In this document: positions 1 through 9,537 of the stretch, one piece after another
How the letters are laid out: every line of letters starts with the position of its first letter
How positions within the stretch are numbered: position 1 is the first letter of the stretch
Virus record (IMG/VR): IMGVR_UViG_3300033182_000371
Coordinates: 10,030-74,029 of that record
Origin: a virus
Direction: 5' to 3' (one strand)
DNA length: 64,000 nt
Program-made: the position numbers and the translations under genes
The notes under the pieces: generated by a model
The model's input: the letters and a program-made list of their open reading frames with translations, nothing else
Databases searched by the model: none
What the model was told of the DNA's origin: nothing

Positions 1-1
1 C

Positions 2-319
2 ACCTACGGCAACCTTTGCACGACGATGTTTGTTGTACAGTTCTGCCTCATGCTCTTTAATTTCAAACCCAATACCATCCCACTCGAAGCGGGACTCAAG
101 CAGAGCAGTATTGTTAGAGATCACAGGATGACCAGATCCAATCTCAACAAAAGTTCCTTTGGGTTTACCATCGTTCATGCACAGAACAAACATGTCCTGA
201 TAGCATTGTGAAAAGTTCTGGTGACTTACCAGTTCATATCCAGAAAATTTGTAACGGAGTTCACCTGCTTTCTCAGCAGTGTAAAAGGTTGGCATTTGCC
301 AGGCATTAGGGTCGCTCAT
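2..319 (-). CDS. FkbM-like SAM methyltransferase (partial, runs off window start)
   Basis: Manual translation MSDPNAWQ...SQCYQDMFV...FVEIGSGHPVISNNTALLE..FEWDG; ATG overlaps stop of GT6 gene (ATGA). Confidence 0.65.
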   Translation of the reverse strand, partial: MSDPNAWQMPTFYTAEKAGELRYKFSGYELVSHQNFSQCYQDMFVLCMNDGKPKGTFVEIGSGHPVISNNTALLESRFEWDGIGFEIKEHEAELYNKHRRAKVAVG

Positions 320-1011
320 ACTTGGTAAGATGAATTATCTTTGGCTAGGTGGATAATTTTTTGTTGATAGGGATAGTTAGGAAAGCATTCTGGAAATGCA
401 TAATCAGGAGGCAGTGCATTGACATTCTCTTGATTGTCAATAAAGAATTTATTAAGGTGACTTTCATCATGCCATATGGCAATTATATCATTCTTATAGT
501 CTTTGTCAACTCTATCTTTTAAGAGTTTCATCATTGGAATAACAGACTTGATCTTCCCTCCCCATAGACATCCCTGATAATAAGATACAGGATCTCCAGT
601 CACACATGCTTCAGATTCAAGACGCCGCTCAAAGGTCCCAGTTCCAGTATTGTAATGGCATGGGTGATGGACAGCGATGAAATCTTTCTGATCATCAAAG
701 AACTCTTCAGGAGTGATTACCTGATTAACTCTCATGTCAGCATCAAGGAATACTAACCAGTCATGCTGTTCCAATTCTTCTTGCGCTAACAAGATAGTGT
801 GGAACCTTTCCAAAGTGATAGCAGGCCATCCCTTGTGAGGAATTTGCATGACCGTTATATTGGAGGGAAGATCTCCATCCAATTCACCATCAGTGAATAC
901 GAAATATTGTTTGTCTAGACCAGGAAAAAGTTTTTCTTCACAGGTCTCGTAGTAATTGGGAAAGAAGTCAAGATACTTGTTAGTACCAATAAAGATAACA
1001 GCAACACTCAT
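316..1011 (-). CDS. Glycosyltransferase family 6 (ABO/alpha-1,3-Gal transferase-like)
   Basis: FLDADM (DXD), YYQGCLWGG, WHDESHLNK signature; start taken at MSVAVIF overlapping GT11 stop. Confidence 0.9.
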   Translation of the reverse strand: MSVAVIFIGTNKYLDFFPNYYETCEEKLFPGLDKQYFVFTDGELDGDLPSNITVMQIPHKGWPAITLERFHTILLAQEELEQHDWLVFLDADMRVNQVITPEEFFDDQKDFIAVHHPCHYNTGTGTFERRLESEACVTGDPVSYYQGCLWGGKIKSVIPMMKLLKDRVDKDYKNDIIAIWHDESHLNKFFIDNQENVNALPPDYAFPECFPNYPYQQKIIHLAKDNSSYQV

Positions 1012-1817
1012 ACAACTTCCCAACCTTCACAATACAAATCTTTAGTATTATTAGTTTGATCCAAAGGAGGACCAAACCACTTAGATGGTGCAATTACTCT
1101 CTTGTTCTCATTAGTAGAAAGCCATGCTCCCCACCAACTGAATGAACTATTGGCAATAATAAAATCACTGCAGAGAGACATCAAACAAAGATCAAGATAT
1201 TGATCCCTGTTCTCGGAAACTAAGAACCTGTCATTATCAAACAGATCCTCTTGAAGGCACCACTCTGGATCATCAGAAAAAATAATCACCTCACGATCAG
1301 AGTCGAACCGTGCCAACGCTTCCCTATAGTAATTTATATCACAAATAGGATGGTGAGAATACTGAGCGTAGTCAGTGCGACGAACATGCAATGCGATAGG
1401 GTTAGTTACCTCCTTACGCATTTTTTTACATGGTTCTAGATACTCGTCCTTGAATGTAAAGTCTGCAAGAATATCTTTTCTGATATGCTTGAAGTATTTT
1501 TCTGATTGGAAAAAACCAAATAAACTTACAAAGTCAGGGCAGTTGTTGAAAAGATTCTCATCAAATTCAAAACTTTCTTCCCTAACAATAGGACGGTCCT
1601 GATCGATATACTGAACTTGAAGTGCATTAAGGTCATGCAATTCAAAAGGAACGAACAGTTGATGCTCGTTCCATTCATCTGCTTTATTCTTATAGTTTGA
1701 TGGGGGGACACAGTAATTAAATCCCCTATTAGCAGCGATACCTTTGACAGCGGCATACTGAAACATTTGATTGGCAAGACGCTCTTTCATCTTGCCGACA
1801 TAATTAATACCAATCAT
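1008..1817 (-). CDS. Glycosyltransferase family 11 (alpha-1,2-fucosyltransferase-like)
   Basis: LANQMFQYA, GFFQSEKYF, HVRRTDY, FSDD, NSSFSWWGAWL motifs. Confidence 0.9.
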   Translation of the reverse strand: MIGINYVGKMKERLANQMFQYAAVKGIAANRGFNYCVPPSNYKNKADEWNEHQLFVPFELHDLNALQVQYIDQDRPIVREESFEFDENLFNNCPDFVSLFGFFQSEKYFKHIRKDILADFTFKDEYLEPCKKMRKEVTNPIALHVRRTDYAQYSHHPICDINYYREALARFDSDREVIIFSDDPEWCLQEDLFDNDRFLVSENRDQYLDLCLMSLCSDFIIANSSFSWWGAWLSTNENKRVIAPSKWFGPPLDQTNNTKDLYCEGWEVV

Positions 1818-2767
1818 CTTGTCTGTAAGTCAGTGTTTGCAATATACCATTCATAGGTCTTACGAAGACCGTCCATTAATTTATACTTCGGTTTCCAACC
1901 TTTATCCAGAAGTTTGGAGTAGTCCAAAGGACGCTTAGGTGTACCATCTGGTTTAGAAGTATCCCACTTAATCTCACCAGGATAACCAGTAATGCTAGCG
2001 ATCATCTCTGCCAGTTCTTTGATAGAAACATCTTCACCCGATCCAACATTCAATAACTCTGCAGACTCATAGTTCTCCATAGCGAAGATACATGCATCAG
2101 CAAGGTCATCACAGTGGAGGAACTCACGGCGAGGAGTGCCTGTACCCCAACAGGTAACAGGATCATCACCTTGCTGCCAGTTGTTGAACTTCTGGAGCAT
2201 AGCGGGGATCACATGCCCGTTCATGGGGTGGAAGTTATCGTTAGGACCATACAGGTTAGCAGGCATCAGAGAGACGCCTTTGAACCCATACTGCTTGTAG
2301 TAAGACTTCAGCATGTAGATGCCATGGATCTTAGCGAGAGCATACGCATCGTTGGTAGACTCTAGTTCTCCAGACATCAGACACTCTTCCTTCACAGGAG
2401 TCGGTGCAAACTTAGGGTAGATGCATACGCTTCCAAGGAAGAGAAACTTCTGCACACCATACTCATAGGCGTAATGAATGAGGTTGGTTTGGATCTGAGT
2501 ATTCTGGTAGATAAACTCCGCCGAGTAGGTATCATTGGCGTGGATGCCACCAACACGAGCAGCAGCATCGAACACATAGTCAATACCTTGAGACCTAAAG
2601 AACTTTTTAACTGCAACCTGATCCATGAGATCAAGTTCCTGCCGAGTTCTAGTGATGATGTTCTCGTAACCTTCTTGCTGAAGACGGCGAACAATGGCAG
2701 ATCCAACTAAACCACGATGACCAGCGACAAAAATTCTTGCGTGTTTCTGCATTGTTCTCAGTTTCAT
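1814..2767 (-). CDS. fcl: GDP-L-fucose synthase (start may be 2752)
   Basis: GHRGLVG, AARVGGI, GSVCIYP, YALAK, NLYGPNDNF, RREFLH. Confidence 0.95.
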   Translation of the reverse strand: MKLRTMQKHARIFVAGHRGLVGSAIVRRLQQEGYENIITRTRQELDLMDQVAVKKFFRSQGIDYVFDAAARVGGIHANDTYSAEFIYQNTQIQTNLIHYAYEYGVQKFLFLGSVCIYPKFAPTPVKEECLMSGELESTNDAYALAKIHGIYMLKSYYKQYGFKGVSLMPANLYGPNDNFHPMNGHVIPAMLQKFNNWQQGDDPVTCWGTGTPRREFLHCDDLADACIFAMENYESAELLNVGSGEDVSIKELAEMIASITGYPGEIKWDTSKPDGTPKRPLDYSKLLDKGWKPKYKLMDGLRKTYEWYIANTDLQTR

Positions 2768-4014
2768 TGAATAATTACAACTTCAGGTTCAGGTAGAGGG
2801 AACAGGAAACGCTTTCCTTTGAACTTAGGGTTCTTCAGGAAGAAGTCCCTGAAGTGCCAAGGAAGTACGATGTGAAGATCAAACTCACGCATCATGACAT
2901 CCTCTTCATCAACGATAGGAATCCATGTGCCAGGAGTAAATGATCCTTCCTTATCGGGATTGACATCACCAACCATCTGAACATCCTCAGGACCAATTTC
3001 CCAGGTCTGAAGAGTCACATTACCTTTGGTGCTGGCACCGAGAGCACAGATCTTTGCTCCATTGTTCTTGTAGAACTCAATAATCTTCCAGAACTGTTCC
3101 TTACATCCATTGATACGATCACTGAACTCTTCCCATGGTTGAACAGTATCGAGACCCATATCAATCTCTTGAGCAAGAACCCCAGTCAGTTTGACCGTAC
3201 ACTCTTTACGCTCACTATTAGTTGTGGGAGTAACAACAACAGAAATACTACCACCATTAACATCATTAAACTCAAAGTCAACGATCTTGAATCCAGACTT
3301 ATCCATGATGTATTTGAGTTGCCTCATACCATAGTAAGACAGATGCTCATGGCACACTGTATCAAACGAATTGACACGCAGCATCGTAGGCATGTAGCTC
3401 TGCTCAAGCACCCAAATACCCTGAGGATCAAGACACTCATGTACCTGACGAGCAAACTCACAGGGATCTTCCAGGTCATAGAACATCGAGAACGATGTAA
3501 TAATCTTTGCTTTCTGCTTACCAAAACGATCACGGAAAGCATCGGCAGAGAAGAAGTCTGCAATGAAATTCACATGATCAGGAATGTATTCTTTGAACTT
3601 CTTAGAAGTAGGATCAATGCTCATGAGTTGCAGGTCATGAGGGAAGCATCCAAGGAAGGTTCCATCATTACCAGCAATATCAACAACGATATCACCAGAC
3701 TCAAGGTCGGTGTCTGCCATGATCTTGAGTGCCTTCTCTTTGAGGTGGCGAACCATGCTACCGTTCAGACCAGAACGATACCCATACTCATCACCGTACA
3801 TAGTAGGCAGATCAAAGGTATGCTCAAGTTGAACATGACCACATCCACCTTTCTTTTCGTCACACTTGACGAGAGTCAGAGGACCTTTATACATGTCCTC
3901 ATCAATTTCTTTGGGAAAAATGCCAGAGAGATATTGATCACCAAGATCCAAGACTGTAATCAGGTGTTCATTACCACATACTCTACACTTTTCAATTTTG
4001 TAAAACTTACTCAT
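2764..4014 (-). CDS. NDP-hexose C-methyltransferase
   Basis: N-terminal Zn site (CRVC...C...CGHVQL), [26 protein letters not shown]. Confidence 0.85.
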   Translation of the reverse strand: MSKFYKIEKCRVCGNEHLITVLDLGDQYLSGIFPKEIDEDMYKGPLTLVKCDEKKGGCGHVQLEHTFDLPTMYGDEYGYRSGLNGSMVRHLKEKALKIMADTDLESGDIVVDIAGNDGTFLGCFPHDLQLMSIDPTSKKFKEYIPDHVNFIADFFSADAFRDRFGKQKAKIITSFSMFYDLEDPCEFARQVHECLDPQGIWVLEQSYMPTMLRVNSFDTVCHEHLSYYGMRQLKYIMDKSGFKIVDFEFNDVNGGSISVVVTPTTNSERKECTVKLTGVLAQEIDMGLDTVQPWEEFSDRINGCKEQFWKIIEFYKNNGAKICALGASTKGNVTLQTWEIGPEDVQMVGDVNPDKEGSFTPGTWIPIVDEEDVMMREFDLHIVLPWHFRDFFLKNPKFKGKRFLFPLPEPEVVIIQ

Positions 4015-5003
4015 TGTCCGTTAATGCACATGTCTTCTACGAGTTCTTGGAAACTAATTTCTGGTTCCCATCCTAGCACAGTTTTTGCCTTTGTGGCATC
4101 CCCAAGTAGTTGCTCTACTTCAGTCGGGCGGTAATATTTAGGGTTAACGCGAATGATCTCTTTATTCATATTCTTACAGAATCCAACCTCGTCTAATCCC
4201 TCACCACGCCACTCAATATTGAATCCAAAGTAAGACGCTGCCTCATTGACAAATTGTCTGACACTACGCATTTCACCAGTAGCAAGCACAAAATCATCAG
4301 GAGTCTCGTGCTGGGTAATCATCCACATGCCACGAACATAGTCCTTAGCATGACCCCAGTCACGCTGAGCATCCAGGTTTCCCAACTCTAAGACATCTTG
4401 GAATCCACTTGAGATGTTTGCGAGTCCTCTCGTGATCTTACGGGTAACGAAGGTTTCACCTCTCCGTGGGGACTCATGATTGAAAAGTATACCGTTGCTA
4501 GCATGGATACCATACGCTTCACGATAGTTCCTAACGATCCAATACGCATACATTTTTGCTACACCATATGGTGAGCGAGGATAGAATGGTGTTGTTTCTT
4601 TTTGTGGAACTTCTTGCACCAATCCATACAGTTCGCTAGTAGATGCTTGATAGAACTTGCAAGGGTGATCCAACAAACGAATTGCCTCCAGGAGACGCAA
4701 GGTTCCTAGAGCATCTACTTCTCCTGTGTACTCAGGCATATCAAAGGACACCTTAACATGACTCATTGCTGCCAGGTTATATACCTCAGTTGGTTTGATC
4801 TTTTGAATCAAACTGATGAGATTACCAGCATCAGTCATGTCTCCATAATGTTTATGGATTCTATTATAGATGTGATCAATACGATGTGTATTAATAAGAG
4901 AAGAACGGCGTACAATGCCATGAACTTCATATCCTTTTTCAAGGAGAAATTCGGCAAGGTACGAACCGTCCTGTCCTGTTATTCCTGTAATTAATGCTCT
5001 CAT
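4011..5003 (-). CDS. gmd: GDP-mannose 4,6-dehydratase
   Basis: [45 protein letters not shown]. Confidence 0.97.
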   Translation of the reverse strand: MRALITGITGQDGSYLAEFLLEKGYEVHGIVRRSSLINTHRIDHIYNRIHKHYGDMTDAGNLISLIQKIKPTEVYNLAAMSHVKVSFDMPEYTGEVDALGTLRLLEAIRLLDHPCKFYQASTSELYGLVQEVPQKETTPFYPRSPYGVAKMYAYWIVRNYREAYGIHASNGILFNHESPRRGETFVTRKITRGLANISSGFQDVLELGNLDAQRDWGHAKDYVRGMWMITQHETPDDFVLATGEMRSVRQFVNEAASYFGFNIEWRGEGLDEVGFCKNMNKEIIRVNPKYYRPTEVEQLLGDATKAKTVLGWEPEISFQELVEDMCINGQ

Positions 5004-5192
5004 TTAAACGATTTTAATATGATCTTCAGCCATCAAATCTGCTGAAGACTTGTCTGCAATACTACGAAGACCCAGGTAATGACGCCACAATTCTGACAGC
5101 GTATTGGTCTCTTCGTCGTTATTTAGTGCAGCGATCAAAGCATCTTTGACTGCATCAGCAGCGTTTTGATAGTCAGTGTAAGTCATAATCAA
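5004..5192 (-). CDS. Hypothetical protein
   Basis: Tightly packed ORF in operon. Confidence 0.6.
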   Translation of the reverse strand: MIMTYTDYQNAADAVKDALIAALNNDEETNTLSELWRHYLGLRSIADKSSADLMAEDHIKIV

Positions 5193-5425
5193 TCGTATTT
5201 GCGATAGGCACCCACTTCTGGGTCAGGATCTAACCATTTGGTGTACTCTTTGTCTTCGATAGCAAGATGAAGTTGCATCTCGTTGTCGCAAAGATACATG
5301 TCATTGTAACGCTTTGTCCATTCGTGCCACTTCTGAATACGGCAATCAGGTTTACCGTTGATTTCTAGAGTGCCACAGGTTACATAGCGGTAAGGATACC
5401 GCTCAAGAATCACATTCGGTTTCAT
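5189..5425 (-). CDS. Hypothetical cyanophage protein
   Basis: MKPNVILERYPYRYV...; coupled to neighbours. Confidence 0.7.
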   Translation of the reverse strand: MKPNVILERYPYRYVTCGTLEINGKPDCRIQKWHEWTKRYNDMYLCDNEMQLHLAIEDKEYTKWLDPDPEVGAYRKYD

Positions 5426-5639
5426 TGATGACACCTTCTTCAAGAAGATCAGCATAGAGACAGTCTAGCAGAATCTCATAATCATCGCAAGGGTCATTCA
5501 TGAACTGAACGCCTTTCTCTTCGTAGTATTTGGTCACTTTACGAAAGACCTTTGGATATTGGTGGTCAAGAGCAACTTGACCCTCGACAGTGCCACGAAG
5601 AATGTTGATGTGCTTTTTGAATTTAGTGGTGACAGACAT
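5403..5639 (-). CDS. Hypothetical protein
   Basis: MSVTTKFKKH...; packed ORF. Confidence 0.65.
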   Translation of the reverse strand: MSVTTKFKKHINILRGTVEGQVALDHQYPKVFRKVTKYYEEKGVQFMNDPCDDYEILLDCLYADLLEEGVINETECDS

Positions 5640-5856
5640 CGTTTTGATTGTGTACCTTGTTATTATACTGCACCTGATCTGTTTTGGGAAGTTCAGGTGG
5701 ACGGTCGTTCCAGTGTCTGATGGCATTGGCAACGATCGCAACATTAGTTATGAGATAAGATACAAAAATAAGGGTGCGGATAACCGCAACCTTATCAGAT
5801 TCTTTATCACACCCTGTTGCTTTTTCTCCTAGAGCTTTACACCAGAGTCTCCACAT
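5623..5856 (-). CDS. Small membrane hypothetical protein
   Basis: MWRLWCKALGEKA... plus one hydrophobic segment. Confidence 0.65.
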   Translation of the reverse strand: MWRLWCKALGEKATGCDKESDKVAVIRTLIFVSYLITNVAIVANAIRHWNDRPPELPKTDQVQYNNKVHNQNDVCHH

Positions 5857-6079
5857 TGTTTTGCTTAGAACATGCCAACGAGTTACGAGGAACCTTGGAC
5901 TTGAATTCGTCTTTAAGATTATACTGTAGTTCGTAGTTCTCAGTCAAGACATAATAACCAGTAAGATCCTTACCGTTATCAATCCACCCGTAAGAGATAA
6001 CCCGTTCATTTACATCACGAAGATCAATCTTTTTATCGGTGTTGAGGTAGTGATTAAAACGCTGGTGAAGATTGATCAT
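5837..6079 (-). CDS. Hypothetical protein
   Basis: Packed ORF, ATGA overlap. Confidence 0.6.
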   Translation of the reverse strand: MINLHQRFNHYLNTDKKIDLRDVNERVISYGWIDNGKDLTGYYVLTENYELQYNLKDEFKSKVPRNSLACSKQNNVETLV

Positions 6080-6324
6080 CGTGTTTCGAAATTGAGTTTA
6101 CGAACTTTGCGTTTGCGTCTGTTCTCTTGGTATTCTAAGTCACCCTTTGACAGAACGCTAGTAGTCTTTAGATTGTTTTCTGAATTGATCAGAACAACTT
6201 TGTTGAGATCGACTGCAGTGACCTTATCGTCAACCACTGTCGTCATGTTCTCGCACCCGCAGCACTGAGTCTTGCTGGAGCTGATCAATTCTGTGTTGCA
6301 AACTTTGCATCTGACTGACAACAT
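6076..6324 (-). CDS. Small Cys-rich (Zn-ribbon-like) hypothetical protein
   Basis: CKVC...CCGCEN; basic C-terminus. Confidence 0.7.
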   Translation of the reverse strand: MLSVRCKVCNTELISSSKTQCCGCENMTTVVDDKVTAVDLNKVVLINSENNLKTTSVLSKGDLEYQENRRKRKVRKLNFETR

Positions 6325-6424
6325 GGTGTAACATTCCTTTAATTTGATCTAGTTCTTCGTGAATATCTTGATGATGAAACCTAAGAGGTTTTTGAATTAA
6401 CTCTTTCATTTTTTTCTTTTTCAT
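6230..6424 (-). CDS. Hypothetical protein
   Basis: ATGA overlap with upstream gene, but long overlap with downstream ORF. Confidence 0.45.
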   Translation of the reverse strand: MKKKKMKELIQKPLRFHHQDIHEELDQIKGMLHHVVSQMQSLQHRIDQLQQDSVLRVREHDDSG

Positions 6425-7068
6425 AGGAAAATTACTTCAGTAAATCGAGTAGTGTCTTTGAAGAAGTTATCGACTATAGTCTGACCATGAAACCACTGTC
6501 CAGGAAAAACAACTCCACAATTAAATCGATCCAGTATGCACAGTTCTTCTTCGAACTGTTTTGAATTCTTCCAAGGTTTAGTATGCTCAGTGTCAGTTTT
6601 CCCAATAAAGAAATTTGCCTTTGTGCTTTGTGCTTTGTATAAAGATGTTCCCGCTTTTAAATGATGAGTTTTATTCAAGAATGTAATGAAGTTTACTTTA
6701 CCATCAGTATGAGGGTGCCAATGATTACCTAGTCCAGGAAAATCATCTATCAATCTGAATTGATTGAAGACATTAAATGTTCCCTCTTCCTTCAATTCAT
6801 ATAAAGTATATAGTTTACTAATAAGAAATTTTCTATTAAGATCCCATCTATTATCCAGGAATAGTTGACCGTCCATAAAGTCAACACCATTCAAATTGTT
6901 ACCATGTTTATTGGAAACAATTGCATTTACAGATGTAAGATACTCATAAACTCTATCTGGATGTTTGTAGATGTTGTCTATGAATACTATCTTCGAATCT
7001 CTCCAAGGAATAATATCAATATTCCACAACGAATTATATTCGAAGTCAGATGGTCTAAAAAATTTCAT
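6421..7068 (-). CDS. 2OG-Fe(II) oxygenase-like protein
   Basis: PHTD...WFHG...TRF (HxD...H...R). Confidence 0.7.
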   Translation of the reverse strand: MKFFRPSDFEYNSLWNIDIIPWRDSKIVFIDNIYKHPDRVYEYLTSVNAIVSNKHGNNLNGVDFMDGQLFLDNRWDLNRKFLISKLYTLYELKEEGTFNVFNQFRLIDDFPGLGNHWHPHTDGKVNFITFLNKTHHLKAGTSLYKAQSTKANFFIGKTDTEHTKPWKNSKQFEEELCILDRFNCGVVFPGQWFHGQTIVDNFFKDTTRFTEVIFL

Positions 7069-7139
7069 GGGAAATACTGGATTCGAACCAGTGACTTATT
7101 GCTTGTAAGGCAACCACTCTACCGCTGAGTTAATCTCCC
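7068..7139 (-). tRNA. tRNA-Val(TAC)
   Basis: GGGAGATTAACTCAGCGGTAGAG...CTTACAA...GGTTCGAATCC...TTTCCCA cloverleaf. Confidence 0.93.
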
Positions 7140-7216
7140 TGGCGACTCAAGTAGGATTCGAACCTACGACCGACTGCTTAGAAGGCAGTTGCTCTATCCA
7201 GCTGAGCTATTGAGTC
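7140..7216 (-). tRNA. tRNA-Arg(TCT), encoded CCA
   Basis: GACTCAATAGCTCAGCTGGATAGAGC ACTGC-CTTCTAA-GCAGT...GGTTCGAATCC...TTGAGTCGCCA. Confidence 0.95.
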
Positions 7217-7814
7217 CTGAGAACATGAAAGTATAATTAACTCTCCGATGATCAGATCCTTTCTTCATAGAAACCTTGTTGGTTTCATGGAAGTATTTAG
7301 AGTTGAATATGAGAAGACGATTACACGCATATGGAATAATCGTTTTCTCACTTCTAGTGTACTCTAGATATTTTCTGATCAACTTGACATCGGTATTATA
7401 CTCGCGCCAGGTCCATGTCGGAGGAGGTTTGATGTCATAAAGAATCAAACCATTTTTCTCTGGATCATTAACAGAAGAGTTTGGTGTGACCCAGAGATTC
7501 ACATTATAGCATGCTGGATCAGCATGAGGGGTAACGCCGTTGGCGTTGTTGTCGTAAACGAATGCCCAACCTCTGTCAAAGTGACCGAGGAATGGGAACC
7601 TCGTTTCCAACCCTGTAATTATAGCAGATAGAAGGGGGTGACGCAAGTGGTCTGGAGAAAAGTTGAGTGAGTAATAGTCCTCGTAGATGTCGTCTGGATC
7701 ATCTGCATTGAGAGCATACTCACGCAAGTCATCAATAACATCTGGTAGAAATAAATTATCTACCACATGATATCTTTCCTCTTCAATTATCTTCTTTACG
7801 GTACTTGAACGCAT
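7194..7814 (-). CDS. 2OG-Fe(II) oxygenase-like protein
   Basis: PHAD...YFHET...RRVNYTF; stop lies inside tRNA-Arg. Confidence 0.75.
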   Translation of the reverse strand: MRSSTVKKIIEEERYHVVDNLFLPDVIDDLREYALNADDPDDIYEDYYSLNFSPDHLRHPLLSAIITGLETRFPFLGHFDRGWAFVYDNNANGVTPHADPACYNVNLWVTPNSSVNDPEKNGLILYDIKPPPTWTWREYNTDVKLIRKYLEYTRSEKTIIPYACNRLLIFNSKYFHETNKVSMKKGSDHRRVNYTFMFSGLNSSAG

Positions 7815-8313
7815 AGGTAAAACGATGTTCAGAGTTTAGGGGAGTTGCCCTGTGCAAAATTCTAGATGTAAACTTCACTAGTGTATTAGGTATTGGTGGA
7901 ATGGCAATTATTTTTTCATCCAGATAAAATTCCGTAGTACCTCCATCGTTTAACCCATTATAATTGGAGTTCGCATAGAAGATGAATGTTAATTGATCTT
8001 CATCATCTTCACAGTCTTGATGGAAGTTAGCAACCTCATTAGGGGCAAAACAATTAATGTATGCTCTATAAAGTCTATATCCACCTATGTCTGCAAACTT
8101 TTGGCAGATTAAATTGTGGAAGATGTCTACAATTTCTTGATGTTCTTCATCTTCTGGACATAACTCAGAAACCATTCCTGTTGGTTTATGACTTGAGTCA
8201 TCCCTTTCGCCATAAGTGAAGGCAGCATTTTGAGCAAACTCAGAGACAAACCTAAAATCTTCATTAGATAAAGATTTTTCTACTGCTAGGATGCTTGGTC
8301 TTTCTTGTGTCAT
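7783..8313 (-). CDS. 2OG-Fe(II) oxygenase (prolyl-hydroxylase-like)
   Basis: FHQD, GGTTEF, LHRA, HRFT. Confidence 0.85.
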   Translation of the reverse strand: MTQERPSILAVEKSLSNEDFRFVSEFAQNAAFTYGERDDSSHKPTGMVSELCPEDEEHQEIVDIFHNLICQKFADIGGYRLYRAYINCFAPNEVANFHQDCEDDEDQLTFIFYANSNYNGLNDGGTTEFYLDEKIIAIPPIPNTLVKFTSRILHRATPLNSEHRFTYAFKYRKEDN

Positions 8314-8321
8314 TTTAAATA

Positions 8322-8393
8322 AGCGGGGTATCGGAATCGAACCGACGACATCTAACTTGGAAGGATAGCGTTCTACCGCTGAACTAACCCCGC
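8322..8393 (-). tRNA. tRNA-Gly(TCC)
   Basis: GCGGGGTTAGTTCAGCGGTAGAAC...CTTCCAA...GGTTCGATTCC...CCCCGCT. Confidence 0.93.
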
Positions 8394-8403
8394 GATAGAT
8401 ACA

Positions 8404-8973
8404 TTATAACACATCTTCTAACTTTTTGACGCGCCAGACCACAGTATATCTATACACATAGGGATGGCGTGGTCCTAGACCTCTGTGAGGAATCTCAGAC
8501 GGAAAAATAAGAACTCTGCCAGGAACATACTCATGCTCCTCAATGACATTATCGTTGTCATCTACGATTTGAAACTGTCCACCCCACTCTTTAGTATCCC
8601 ATTTAGTATTAACCATGTACATGATAGTATGATCTCCAGGATCTCCATCAACATGGGATGTGCCATCACAAAAAGAATGCTGCAGATTGAAATCGATTCT
8701 ATTAAGAAACAGTCTCTCTTCAATGCTATTCTCAATATGATCTAGCATATCAAAGAAGCACTCAGTTTTAGGAACCCAGTTAACTATTTTATTAATCGAT
8801 TGTCTCTCAAAGAGATTCTCTCCAAATAGTTTATGAGTTCCATGCTGCCCTGCAGGATAACCTGTTCCGTTTGCCTCATTAATAGCAGTTACAGGAAGAT
8901 GAAGCATAGTCTTTTCGACTCGCATCATATAATCATAATCAAAAAGATTATCAAAAATTTGAGCAATCATCAA
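8404..8973 (-). CDS. 2OG-Fe(II) oxygenase
   Basis: SHVD, WGGQF, PHRG, YRYT. Confidence 0.85.
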   Translation of the reverse strand: MMIAQIFDNLFDYDYMMRVEKTMLHLPVTAINEANGTGYPAGQHGTHKLFGENLFERQSINKIVNWVPKTECFFDMLDHIENSIEERLFLNRIDFNLQHSFCDGTSHVDGDPGDHTIMYMVNTKWDTKEWGGQFQIVDDNDNVIEEHEYVPGRVLIFPSEIPHRGLGPRHPYVYRYTVVWRVKKLEDVL

Positions 8974-9284
8974 TCACGCTGTCTCCAGTCATCAGGTTTA
9001 TCTCTTTGAAACCAATCAACAATTTCATCTGCTGACTGGAATCCCGTTCTGTGGTTGGATGGGTCGGGGTCACCTAAACCCATCCTATTCATAAAATCAT
9101 CCATGCTCCCTTCTTGAATATCACCAGAAGCTTGGCGTCGTGCTTTGTTTAACCAGTCTCTTGCCGTTGTATATGACTTGGCAAGTTTCTCTGCCCAGAT
9201 CATATCTTCAAGATTCACCTCTTCGTTGTTCGATATCTTTTTGCAGATATCTTCAAGACGAAGACGATACTGTGTTGACAGCAT
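8970..9284 (-). CDS. Hypothetical cyanophage protein
   Basis: MLSTQYRLRLEDICKKI...DWRQRD; TAAATA upstream. Confidence 0.75.
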   Translation of the reverse strand: MLSTQYRLRLEDICKKISNNEEVNLEDMIWAEKLAKSYTTARDWLNKARRQASGDIQEGSMDDFMNRMGLGDPDPSNHRTGFQSADEIVDWFQRDKPDDWRQRD

Positions 9285-9316
9285 ACCACATATGTCCAAT
9301 CTTTCTAGTATTTAGA

Positions 9317-9403
9317 CGGAGAGTTAGGGATTTGAACCCTAGATGAAGTTACCCCCATACAGCATTTCCAGTGCTGCTCCTTAAACCACTCGGACAACTC
9401 TCC
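9317..9403 (-). tRNA. tRNA-Ser(GGA)
   Basis: GGAGAGTTGTCCGAGTGG...CAGCA-CTGGAAA-TGCTG, long variable arm, GGTTCAAATCC. Confidence 0.93.
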
Positions 9404-9456
9404 AAGGTGGGTCGGATATGATGATCCCGACCCATATGATAGACAACGCCTATCAA

Positions 9457-9528
9457 AGCCCCCGACAAGATTTGAACTTGCGACATCGGCTTTACAAAAG
9501 CCGCGCTCTACCACTGAGCTACAAGGGC
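9457..9528 (-). tRNA. tRNA-Thr(TGT)
   Basis: GCCCTTGTAGCTCAGTGGTAGAGC CGGCT-TTTGTAA-AGCCG...GTTCAAATC. Confidence 0.93.
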
Positions 9529-9537
9529 GTGTGATAT

